The notes below the pieces were generated by a model. The model saw nothing but the letters and a program-made list of their open reading frames with translations. It was not told the origin of the DNA and made no database searches. Positions 27,815-37,400 of a stretch of 64,000 bases of DNA are shown here, piece by piece. The stretch comes from a virus: positions 32,001 to 96,000 of the IMG/VR virus record IMGVR_UViG_3300017963_000003; one strand, given 5' to 3'. How positions within the stretch are numbered: position 1 is the first letter of the stretch; every line of letters starts with the position of its first letter. The position numbers and the translations under genes are program-made.

Positions 27815-29077
27815 CTACTTCTGGCCCTTGGCGCAGGAGCGAGCGTTGGCAATCGCGAACCCGACCATCTCGATGAAGGCCCAGCCCTTGACCGTCTCCT
27901 GGTGGCTGTACTTGTTGTACGGCTCGGAGAACAGCTCGATCCTGACACCCATCTCGCCCATGTAATCCGCGCCCGTCGTGGCATAGAAGCTTCCGGGCTC
28001 GATCACCTCTTCAACCCCCGTGCCTGCGGCGGTCAGAATCTGGGCGTTCAGGACGTTGCCGATGTAGCCCGCGAGGATCAACTCGCGCTCCGTCACCGGG
28101 TCCACGCTGGTCGACATGGTCTTGACGATGTCGCTCAGCTCGGACCGCGAGATCAGGAAGTTCTCGACCATCAGACGATGGCGCTCGACCTGGAACCGGA
28201 CGTCCTCGAAGGCGCCGATGCCCAACGTCGCGAACGTGGTCACGGCGTTGTCGGTCTGCGCGGCCTCGTCGATGAGGCTGATCGCAGCCTTGTCCTCCTG
28301 AAGCTCGATCTCCTGACGCGCGGTGTCCTGCGCCCGGTCGAGGACATCGAAGTTCATCTGGTAGATGTCCATGATGTCGATGGCCGGGAAGCTCGTCACC
28401 TTCCACTCGGGCGGGGTGATCCACTTCGTCTTGATGCGGCTCTCGGGGGACTGACCGTCCTGGCCGATGACCCACGCCGTCGAACGGATGTCCAGCGGGA
28501 TACGGAACAGCTCGGCCTGGGCCAGCTTCCGAACCCGGTAGATCTTCCGCGCGAAGCCCTCGTAGTCGAGGATCGCCTTGATCGGGAGCGCCAGCTCCTG
28601 ACCGACGATGTGGAAGCCCTGTCCGGTCGGGTCGGTGAGCGCGGCGGCGAGAATGTCGCGCCGAGCTTCCTTGCTGATCGAGGTCTCCGTGTCGGGACGG
28701 TAGAAGGAGAGCGCCTGAGCGTTCTTCTTCGTGACCTCGTTCATCAGCTGATGGATCTGCGTCATCGCCTCGCGCTTGTCGTGCGCGTTGATCTCACCCC
28801 TGCCGTCGAACATGCGACGGTCGGTGCTGCTGGCGGTGGCGCGACGGCTCGACGGAAGGTCGTACCGCTGCGGGTTGAACGTGCCGTTGCCCTCGAAGAG
28901 GCCCTCGTCGCGCTTGTTGGCGAAGCGGCCCGGACGTACGGCCATGCGGTCACGCGGCTGCTCGGAAGCCTCGCGACGGGGAGCGCGCTGTCGCCGGGTC
29001 TGGTCGCCATTCCTCTGCGCGGACCGCGAGGGGCCGGGGCGACGATTCTTGCTGATGCTCTTGAACGGATTGGACAT
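27815..29077 (-). CDS. Major capsid protein (HK97 fold)
   Basis: 420 aa in the order protease-scaffold-decoration-MCP; LALPIKAILDYEGFARKI...SFPAI...DVLDRAQD.ARQEI..QED pattern; strongly C/G-biased codons. Confidence 0.9.
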   Translation of the reverse strand: MSNPFKSISKNRRPGPSRSAQRNGDQTRRQRAPRREASEQPRDRMAVRPGRFANKRDEGLFEGNGTFNPQRYDLPSSRRATASSTDRRMFDGRGEINAHDKREAMTQIHQLMNEVTKKNAQALSFYRPDTETSISKEARRDILAAALTDPTGQGFHIVGQELALPIKAILDYEGFARKIYRVRKLAQAELFRIPLDIRSTAWVIGQDGQSPESRIKTKWITPPEWKVTSFPAIDIMDIYQMNFDVLDRAQDTARQEIELQEDKAAISLIDEAAQTDNAVTTFATLGIGAFEDVRFQVERHRLMVENFLISRSELSDIVKTMSTSVDPVTERELILAGYIGNVLNAQILTAAGTGVEEVIEPGSFYATTGADYMGEMGVRIELFSEPYNKYSHQETVKGWAFIEMVGFAIANARSCAKGQK

Positions 29078-29091
29078 CGTCAGCCTCCTTC

Positions 29092-29871
29092 CTAGCTGGT
29101 GGGTCCGCCGGCATACTGGACGCCGAGGAACGGGTCATCGGGGGTCGGGACCTGGTAGACGCGGCCGATGTACGGACCGGCGCCACCCTTCGTCACGAGA
29201 CCCTCCATGTTGGCAGCCGAAGTGCCAGCGGTGAGGGCATCGTTGACCGCGAAGGTCTGGGCGACATCGTACTGGGTCGTAAAGATCAGTGACCAGTCGT
29301 TGATCACGGTGATCTTCCGATCCTGAATGTCAACGTCATTCAGGAAGTTCCAGAAGTTGCGGCCCTCGAACTTCAGCTCCTGCTCGGTCACCGTGTACTG
29401 GTAGTCCACGCCGACGATCTCGCCGTCAGCGATGGTACCGCCAGCCACGCGGGTGATCTGACCGTTGGTGTAGTTCGCCGTGTAGTCGCTACCGGCGCCC
29501 TCGGTGTAGACCGTACCCGTGGTCAGGTTGTAGACCCGAACACCGCCCGTCGCGCCCGGAACCCACAGGTTCGAATGCGCGAGATTGGTGGCGGCTACGC
29601 CAACGAGCTGGATCTGCTCGCCAACGACAGACGCGTAGAGCGTGTTCGCCTTCGTGTACTTCGCGAAGCCGAAGGGATTCGTCGCGCCGCCGTTACCACA
29701 GATCTCGATCTCCTGGCTGCTGTTCAACTGAACGAGCATCCCGGCCCGGAACGTGGAAGAAGCGGAAGCGACGAAATGCCCCAGGTTCCGCGTGTACTGG
29801 GAGCGCATCAGGTCGATACCGATTGCTCGGCTCGATACCCGAAACGCCTCCATGCGCGGTGAGAAAGACAT
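29092..29871 (-). CDS. Capsid decoration / cement protein
   Basis: 259 aa directly upstream of MCP; FRAGMLVQL...PFGF and FAVNDALT..GRV cement-like beta-tulip segments. Confidence 0.6.
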   Translation of the reverse strand: MSFSPRMEAFRVSSRAIGIDLMRSQYTRNLGHFVASASSTFRAGMLVQLNSSQEIEICGNGGATNPFGFAKYTKANTLYASVVGEQIQLVGVAATNLAHSNLWVPGATGGVRVYNLTTGTVYTEGAGSDYTANYTNGQITRVAGGTIADGEIVGVDYQYTVTEQELKFEGRNFWNFLNDVDIQDRKITVINDWSLIFTTQYDVAQTFAVNDALTAGTSAANMEGLVTKGGAGPYIGRVYQVPTPDDPFLGVQYAGGPTS

Positions 29872-29903
29872 TCGTTTGCTCCTCTGCTTTGCCTACTTCG
29901 AAG

Positions 29904-31871
29904 CTACTGGCCCTGGACCCCGCCGAGACGTCCGAGTCTACGTCCCAGAAGAGTGCTTCCACCAATAGCGCTACGAAGATCAGCGACACCTGAAGATTGC
30001 GGAGGGCTGGATGCAGGAGCCCCATCGACCTCGAAATTGCCCTCGGCGGCTTCCCTACGAACCAGAGAAGCGCGACGAGAGGTACGTCGCATATCAGTCG
30101 CCTCGGCAGATCCCCTCACAGCAACCGGAGCGAGGTTCCTGAGGTCCTCCTCCGCGTCCTTGAGGTACGAGGCGTCCTTGGCCATCAGGTCGGCGGCTTT
30201 CTCCAAGAGAGCCTCCACGAACCTGTCATGACCTTCTGCGGTAATCAGCTCCGTCAGATCGACGGCGGCGGAAACGTCCATACCCGAATAGACGTCACCG
30301 TTGGCGAACTCGATGTCACCGGACTCCGCCGACAGGACGTCGACGGCGGCAACCTTGATCGGGTGCTCCTCATGGTTGAGGCGCATCCGCGACGACGCCA
30401 CCCGGACCGCACGAGCGAACTTCCGGACGAAGTCCTCCTTGGCCTCAGCGACAGCCTTCTTCGTCCGCTCGTCGTAGAGCTTCTTGAAGTTGGCGTGCGC
30501 CGAACGAATCACGTCATCTCCGCCCGAGAGAACATCACCTTCGGAACCGTTGTGCTGCTCCTGGGCGTTGGTGTCGGCGTCGGAAGTGGAGTCCATGGAC
30601 GGCTTGGAGGGCTTCTTCTCCTCGATGACGTTCTCGGCTTCGTCGAGGATGTCCTTGGTCTCGCCCTCAGCCTTCTTGCGAGCTTCGAAAGTAAGGCGCG
30701 CTCGCCGCAGGACAGCCCTGCGCTCACCGCTCAGGGTGCGCGGGGTCACCTTGTCGGGCTTCTCCCTGGTATCAACCTCGCCACCGGGAAGCGCCGAGTC
30801 CGGATCGGAGTCGTCGTACTCCTGACGGTTGACGTCCTCGGCGTCCGCGAGGATGCCCTGATTCTTCGGCTCGACTTCCTCGGCGCTGTTCAGCTCGATG
30901 TCATCGTCGACACCGGCAGCCCGCAGCATCTTCGCGTTACAGAACTCAGCGGCCTTGCTAAACCCCTGGTAAACAGCGAGCCCGTACACACGGTTGGCCA
31001 AACGCCGAAGAGCTTCGGGGTCGTTGCGATACTTGTCAGCAGGAACTGCGTGGAAGATCGCGCCATGATCCTCGTGATGCGCGACCAGCGTACGGCTTCG
31101 GGTGATGGCGATCTTGATCTTCTTCGCCCTGGCAGGCATCGTAGTGTCCTCGTGAGCCATCGAACCCTCCCCGGCATCCGAGATGCCCATCTCCTCCGCT
31201 GAAGGAGAAGTGCCGGCTTCCTCTGCGCGCTCCTGAAGCTCCTGGATGTCTCCGTGCTCCTGCTCCTGCGCACGCCGCAACGTGGCCTCGCGCTCCTTGG
31301 AGAGGTCCGGCTTGTCGTCCTTCTTTTCCTCGGGCTTGTCGTCCTTCTTTTCCTCGGGCTTGTCGTCCTTCTTGGGAGGCTTCTCCTCGCCGGACTCGTC
31401 CTTCTTGGGAGGCTTCTCCTCGTCGGGCTTTCCACCCATCGAGGGCACCGGCTTGTCGTCGAGCTTGACCTCGATGGGATCGCCGCCACCCATCTCCTTG
31501 ACCTTCTCCGTGATCGGAGACGAGGGACCATCGGTAGCCTTCTCCTTGACGTCCGCCAGCTCGTCTTCCAGAATCTCGGCCTCCTCAGCCCTCTCGATCT
31601 CTTCCTTGATGATTCCCTCGGTCTTCAGGAAGTCGACGATCACGTTGTACGCCGCGTCGGCATCGGGAGCCTTCTCCAGCTCCATGAGAACCTTCTCGAA
31701 CCCCGGAGGGGCGGACATGGCCGTCCGGTTCAATACCGACTTACGAACGAGATCCATGGTCTCGGATTCGATGCGCTCCTGGTCTGATGCCGAGAGGTTG
31801 ATCGTGCCCTTGGCGTGAAGATCCGCCACGGTCTTGAAGAGCTTGAATCGTTCGGTAAACGGCATTGTCAT
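29904..31871 (-). CDS. Scaffold-like acidic head assembly protein
   Basis: 655 aa, highly charged low-complexity sequence, between protease and decoration/MCP. Confidence 0.6.
   Translation of the reverse strand: MTMPFTERFKLFKTVADLHAKGTINLSASDQERIESETMDLVRKSVLNRTAMSAPPGFEKVLMELEKAPDADAAYNVIVDFLKTEGIIKEEIERAEEAEILEDELADVKEKATDGPSSPITEKVKEMGGGDPIEVKLDDKPVPSMGGKPDEEKPPKKDESGEEKPPKKDDKPEEKKDDKPEEKKDDKPDLSKEREATLRRAQEQEHGDIQELQERAEEAGTSPSAEEMGISDAGEGSMAHEDTTMPARAKKIKIAITRSRTLVAHHEDHGAIFHAVPADKYRNDPEALRRLANRVYGLAVYQGFSKAAEFCNAKMLRAAGVDDDIELNSAEEVEPKNQGILADAEDVNRQEYDDSDPDSALPGGEVDTREKPDKVTPRTLSGERRAVLRRARLTFEARKKAEGETKDILDEAENVIEEKKPSKPSMDSTSDADTNAQEQHNGSEGDVLSGGDDVIRSAHANFKKLYDERTKKAVAEAKEDFVRKFARAVRVASSRMRLNHEEHPIKVAAVDVLSAESGDIEFANGDVYSGMDVSAAVDLTELITAEGHDRFVEALLEKAADLMAKDASYLKDAEEDLRNLAPVAVRGSAEATDMRRTSRRASLVRREAAEGNFEVDGAPASSPPQSSGVADLRSAIGGSTLLGRRLGRLGGVQGQ
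31311..31422. repeat. Coding tandem repeats (24-bp unit about 2.6 times; 33-bp unit twice) encoding KKDDKPEE/EEKPPKKD
   Basis: cttgtcgtccttcttttcctcggg at 31311 and 31335 with a partial copy at 31359. Confidence 0.85.
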
Positions 31872-31881
31872 CAGACCTCTC

Positions 31882-32799
31882 CTAACGTCCCGCCAAAGCT
31901 GAGTTAATCAGCCCAGCCAGGGACTCCGGGATCTTACTGGCGTTCTTCGCAACGTAGGTGGTGATCTCACGCACCTGATCTTCTGTCAAGGAATGAGCCT
32001 GCGGGTCCGTGGCAGCCACCCGAAGGATACCCTCCTGGATCTCAGCAGATTTATCAGCGGGATCGTCAACCGCGCTCAGCTCCGCGAAGATAGTACCCCC
32101 GCACCACTCGAAGGCGCGACGTTCACCGCCGCCATCGACGGGATACGCGATCCGGGAATGCTTACCCCGGACGTGATCGCAGAACTGGAGAGTCGTCGAG
32201 GCTACCTTACCGCACACCGAGCACTCGGTGTTCTCGACGTCGCAACCCATGCTGAAACGATCAACAGCGCCACCCTTGTAGGCCTCCGCGAGATGCGGGT
32301 CCTTGGTCATGTCGGCAGCGATCAGAACTTCGACAAACTCATCGTTGACCACATCCTTGCCGGTGGCCTCGAAGACTGCCGTCTTGACCGCGTCCGTGGC
32401 AGCGTTCTGATCGTTGAAGTGCGAGTCGATGAGGACTCCGCGCGACAGTGCGTAGTTGCTGGCGTTGTGGTTGACGAAGTGGGGTTTCAGCTGGAAGGTG
32501 GAGTAGACGCGGCGGCCGATAGGGGGATCGAACCGAAGAAGTTCCTCTCTCCGGAACGCATCCATGTTCTCGTTCGGACGATCCGCGCTACAAGCCCTGC
32601 ACGGTATGAGCAAGTAGTCACGCGGGTCGCGAGAAATCTTGAAAGTGTCCGCAACCGTGTCCAGGATGGCCTCGAAGTTGAGACCGTACCCGTCGTCCAT
32701 GTAGACGGAGGAGAACTTGCCCGAAGCAACCTTATTCCACGCCCCGCCCAGAGGCTGAACGCCCAGAACTTGCGCCGCAGCTGTTTTCTTGAAGCTCAT
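31882..32799 (-). CDS. Prohead (capsid maturation) protease
   Basis: PHFVNH, FSMGC, C..CG..CDH and ELSAVDDPAD motifs of HK97/T4-type prohead proteases. Start moved to ATG 32799 because the TTG at 32835 abuts the -10 box. Confidence 0.85.
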   Translation of the reverse strand: MSFKKTAAAQVLGVQPLGGAWNKVASGKFSSVYMDDGYGLNFEAILDTVADTFKISRDPRDYLLIPCRACSADRPNENMDAFRREELLRFDPPIGRRVYSTFQLKPHFVNHNASNYALSRGVLIDSHFNDQNAATDAVKTAVFEATGKDVVNDEFVEVLIAADMTKDPHLAEAYKGGAVDRFSMGCDVENTECSVCGKVASTTLQFCDHVRGKHSRIAYPVDGGGERRAFEWCGGTIFAELSAVDDPADKSAEIQEGILRVAATDPQAHSLTEDQVREITTYVAKNASKIPESLAGLINSALAGR

Positions 32800-32837
32800 G
32801 ATCTTTTCAAAACAACGAAAGCGTCGTTCATCCAAAG

Positions 32838-32870
32838 ATTATACGCAACTACGGTGTCGGGATTTTAAAA
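32838..32870 (-). promoter_or_regulatory. Class A putative late promoter TTTTAAAATCCC-N15-TATAAT
   Basis: Recurrent motif with a perfect TATAAT -10 box. Confidence 0.7.
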
Positions 32871-32888
32871 AAGATTTCGACTATATGA

Positions 32889-33215
32889 TCAGGTGAGATA
32901 TTTCCGGATTATCGAATCAATACCGGAGGCTACATCGGCCACTCTACCATTTTCCGCTACAGACCAGAACCCTGTACTGAGCTGATCAAGCGCGTTTTCG
33001 GCCCAAGCGTAATCCTCTACCCCCGCGTGGATCGCTCGAAGTACCCTACCTTGGTCCCCCTCTCGAACCAGGTCAACCCCCGATCTGGCACAAACGGCAT
33101 CAAAGGCTGCAAGGAAGGAAGCAGAACGAGAACGGCAGTAGAGTACCCCCTCGCGGTGATCATGAAACACCACCGCTACAGGAGAGTCCCCTTGGTTTAC
33201 AGCGAAGAACCTCAC
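32889..33215 (-). CDS. Hypothetical protein
   Basis: 108 aa with GTGA overlap with the upstream microgene. Confidence 0.65.
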   Translation of the reverse strand: MRFFAVNQGDSPVAVVFHDHREGVLYCRSRSASFLAAFDAVCARSGVDLVREGDQGRVLRAIHAGVEDYAWAENALDQLSTGFWSVAENGRVADVASGIDSIIRKYLT

Positions 33216-33319
33216 TTCTTCGGAGGCTGCGGGGCCGAACCCTTCTTGTCGTCCTTGGGTACCTTAGGGGTAAAGGGCTTCCCCGTCGGTGTGGCGTCTC
33301 CGGTCTTCTTGAAACCCAT
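33212..33319 (-). CDS. Lys/Pro-rich microprotein (35 aa), below the track cutoff
   Basis: AGGAGG SD, ATG 33319, MGFKKTGDATPTGKPFTPKVPKDDKKGSAPQPPKK, TGA overlapping the next GTG. Confidence 0.65.
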   Translation of the reverse strand: MGFKKTGDATPTGKPFTPKVPKDDKKGSAPQPPKK

Positions 33320-33328
33320 CTCTACCTC

Positions 33329-34423
33329 CTACGCGAGACGCTCTCCCGTGCTAGCGTCCCAGAATTTACCCTCGTGACGTACTGCGGAACGTCCGCCTAC
33401 ATAGTACACCGTGGGGTCCCTGACGTCATCAAGAGAGATCTTCGAGAGGTTGACCACCGGCCTTGAGAACTCCCGGAGAAACTCCACAGGACCGTTGATC
33501 CCAACGTACCCGTTGTGAACCACCAAGGTATCCTCCTCCACGAGAACAACCACCCCGTCCAGGTCCCCTTGGTACGAAGAGTCGTTCAGTGAGTAGTCAA
33601 CCATGTTCACAAAGCGGATACGCTCGAAGTCGAGCTTCTCCGCGATCAACTTGATCTCCTCCACGTACTCGGCAGGAACGTTCAGCAGCTCCACACCGCC
33701 GTGCTCCAACCGCTCCACATTCAGATGTCCAAGCAAGGGACCGTAGTAGCTCGACCGGTCGATCACAGGAGCCCATGTGGACTCGCAGTAAGGATGGGGA
33801 ACGTTGCCACCCGAGCACAAACGGTCCATCAGGCTGTTCACGCGATAGAAGAGCCCCTCGTGGGCCACACACAGGGGGCAACCGTCTTTCTGACAGAAGC
33901 GAACCGTGTCTACCCCCATGTTGTCGTACGCCACGAGAAGAGCCACCTGGGCAACCTTGAAGTAGTCAGAGGTAGTGGTCTTCAAGTATTCCAGTATGTA
34001 GTAGTCGTTCTCGTCCAAGACCAAGTCCACCTCTTGGAGAGGGACATCACCGGCCGCCCCGGACCTGATAGCGGAGAAACCAAACAGCCGAAACGCGTCC
34101 CGTTTAACGGCGAAGAACAGCTCCCCGTAACGGTCCTCGTGAAGGAGGTTCACCTGATCGACCACGAACTGATCGAAGTCGTCAACCGCCTCTACCAGAG
34201 CTTCCGTCGAGGGAGGGTTCTTCAGATCCTGGACCGTAACGATACCGGTCAGCTGATCAGAGAAACACTCGGTGTTGTACCCCGGCAGCTCATCCCCGGT
34301 AGAACCCCCGATGAAGAAGTCGTCGTAAGCCAGAATGGGGTCTTCCTCGGGCCACCCGTTGAAGATCTCCTCCGCCTCGACTCTGGTACGAGACCTAACC
34401 GACACCGGTCGGCAATCCGCCAC
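33329..34423 (-). CDS. MuF-like minor head protein
   Basis: C....CPLC...G...PHPYCES resembles the MuF/SPP1 gp7 CxxC...PHPNCRC motif; directly downstream of portal. Confidence 0.6.
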   Translation of the reverse strand: MADCRPVSVRSRTRVEAEEIFNGWPEEDPILAYDDFFIGGSTGDELPGYNTECFSDQLTGIVTVQDLKNPPSTEALVEAVDDFDQFVVDQVNLLHEDRYGELFFAVKRDAFRLFGFSAIRSGAAGDVPLQEVDLVLDENDYYILEYLKTTTSDYFKVAQVALLVAYDNMGVDTVRFCQKDGCPLCVAHEGLFYRVNSLMDRLCSGGNVPHPYCESTWAPVIDRSSYYGPLLGHLNVERLEHGGVELLNVPAEYVEEIKLIAEKLDFERIRFVNMVDYSLNDSSYQGDLDGVVVLVEEDTLVVHNGYVGINGPVEFLREFSRPVVNLSKISLDDVRDPTVYYVGGRSAVRHEGKFWDASTGERLA

Positions 34424-37400
34424 CGGAAGGCGACTCGATGGTCTCCTGGAGAACTCCGCCGCCCTCAGCGCTACCAGGAGGCTGTGAAGCGTCGTTCATG
34501 CCACCAGGAGCCAGAAGACCACCCCCAGCACCTCCGGCAGGGGCTGCGCCCCCTGGAGGCTTACCTGCGGCTGCTGGAGGCTTCGCACCTGCACCAGGAG
34601 TCCCCGGAGGTTGCGCACCCTGCGGACCACCCTGCTGCTCGTACTTCTGGAGGTCAGCCTTGCCCAGGGTCTGCTTCTTCATCTCCTCGGCGCTCTTGAA
34701 CTCGCGCAGGCTCTTGTCCAGCTCGTCCTGCCAGTCTACGCCGACAGCCGACGTCACCGTGGACTTGGACAGCTTGATCCCGAAGCCTTGCTCAAGCATC
34801 TTGTACGCGTTGAGCAGATCTTGGTCCACGCTGGGGTCGAGCTTGTTCTTCCACTTGACCGTCGGCATCAGAACCAGGTTTTGCTCCTGGATCTCCTGAG
34901 CTGTGCGCTTGATTCGGTACTTGTGGTTGACCTCACTCGGAGAAGAGGTGGTCCACTCGTTGATCTCGGAGATCGGCCGGAAGTACTTGGGGTAGAGCCA
35001 CATGTTCTCCAGGAACTGCCGCAGAGACAGCAACCTACGTAGGAAAACCTGGAGACCGGACTTGGCGGAGTTGAACGAAGCGATGTTGTCGAGCGTGTAG
35101 CTGCTGGTCTCCTCCACCGTGAGACTGTACACGTAGGGGTGAGCCTCTTGATCGACCCTAACAACCTCTACCGACTTCACCGGAAGGTAAACGAACTCAT
35201 CGTCCACGAAGACTTCGTGACGCTCACCCTGGCAGTCGTCGCGGTCGAACCCCTCCCGGTCGATACCGGCCCACACATCGGGAACGTCCGACCAGATGAG
35301 TTCCGCAAGAGAGCGAGCCTGCTTTCCCGCACAGGTGATGTAATGGCACTCCTTGTGAACGTAGCCCTTCTCGTCCTCACGCTCCGGAGAAGTGTGCACG
35401 TAGCAAGAGTAGCCCAACTGGGTGAGGATCACTTCGAGCTGCCGCATCAGCTGCGTCGAGGTCGTCGTGTACACAACATCGAGGCGGTTACCTTGCTTGA
35501 AGAGATAACCGTCCCCGCGATACATCCCCTTCAAGAGTTCCCGCTTCAGCTCCAGACCCCAACCCATCACTTCCGACGAGAAGTTCTTAGAGTCGCTACC
35601 TTTCCCAGCTCGGCTCTCCAAATAGTTGCTCATCCCGGTAGCGGCTGTCGGGACGTAGACCGTGTAGGATGGGGCTTCCGATTCAGGATGCTTCAGGTTT
35701 CTCTGGATCGTACAAAGATGCCCGAGCGACTCCAAGATTTCTGCGACATCGGCAACGTAGAAGCTCTCCTTGGCGCAGTCGACACGCCCGAACGAGAACC
35801 GCGTTACCTTGTTACCTGAGTCAGACGCGGTGAAATCCGTAGAGCCTTCCGCCGTGTAGTACCCCAGCAATCTCGCCCTGGCTAGATTCCCCGGAGTTGC
35901 CTCTACCCCGCACTCCTCGAACCCACGCGGAATCATCAACCAGTCCCCCACCCGAACCTCATCCGCGCGCAAGCGCTGGAAAGGCTCGTGCTCAGCGGGG
36001 AAAGAAGCGATGACCCTATCTCCGTGCATGTAGTCGACCCACTCTCGGTCGCGACCACCGCGCATCGAGAGTTTGTGGTGCTGAGGTGAGAAAGAACGCC
36101 ACTTCCGGCGACCTCCACTGGTCGCCTTAGCGTCCCCAAGATCCTCTCCGCACCCACAGAGACACTCATGCGGTCGAGTGAAAACAGGGAGCTTGTGGTT
36201 ATCCGTAAGAGTCAGCTCTCGATCACCGTAGAGCGTGAGCTTCACCATCTCGTCGGGAGACGGGTACTTCAGGACATCCGTAACTCCACGGGGATGTCCA
36301 AACCGATCCACGACGACGTCCCCGCGCTGTATATCCTGGATCTCGCTATATGAACCGTCACTAAGACGCACAGAAGTTCCGTCGACAGAGCAGGCATAGG
36401 TGACCTCCCCCGTCATGAAGGACTTCGAGAGGCCCAGCGCGAGGAGCTTGACCTTCTCGATTACGTCGTGCTCCTTGTTGATGGTGACCGCGCGGTCGTT
36501 CGTACCCCAGGCCTCGAAGTTGATGCCGTAGTGGTAGATCAGCCAGCTATTCCGGGTTCCAATACAATCAGTGAGGTAAGAGTGATCTCCGCTGACCGTC
36601 ATGTTGACCACGGTCTGCGGCTCCTCGCATTCCACGACCTTCACGCCACGAACCTTCACATACAGGTAGTCGTTGTCGGTCCACCACTGACGTGGAGTAC
36701 GGCCCTCCACGTCCTGCAACTCGAAACCCCAGATATCACGAGAAAGGTCCGCAGCAGCCTGACCGTATACGTGCAAGCGATATTGCGCATTACCAGGACC
36801 GAAAGTCTCTTCTGACTGCTCTCGTTCACTGAAATTGCCGTACGTCCCCCACTGAGCGAGTATCAGCTTCACCTGATTAATCAGGTTGCGAGAGCTAGAC
36901 GAAACCTCAACATAGCGACCGGAACTGCCCGGCTTCTTCCAAATGCTGCTCCCATCTCCTCCGATGTACCCCTTCAGGAACTCGTACTTGAGATCAAGCG
37001 GCCACGACATGACCTCCCCGGAAAGCCTCTTCGTCCGAGCCCCAGAACCTCCGTGGAGTTCGAGCCATTCAGCAAGATCAATGCTCGCGTTCCTGCGAGC
37101 ACGCACCTGGCAGTTGGAACGGTCTCCATAGAAGACCTCCGGACGGTAATCGCACAGAGCCTCCACAATGGAGCAAGCATCCCGTACCAAGGTGTCCTTT
37201 TCGTCCGCACCGAAGGAAAGCTCAAAGCCTTTCCGGACACTGCCGTCCTCCCGCTCGTAGACCCCAACAGTATTCCCCTCCGCGACGTAGTACCCGAGCA
37301 GACGCGCCTTTTCGCGCGTCACGTTCTCGGGACGATTCTCCTCAAACCGGCGAGGGATCATCAAGTAGTCCCCAGGGCGCAACTGGGTCGATAGAAGCTT

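Noticed and set aside
31311-31422. CRISPR-like or VNTR array
   Set aside because: The repeats are in-frame coding units without unique spacers.
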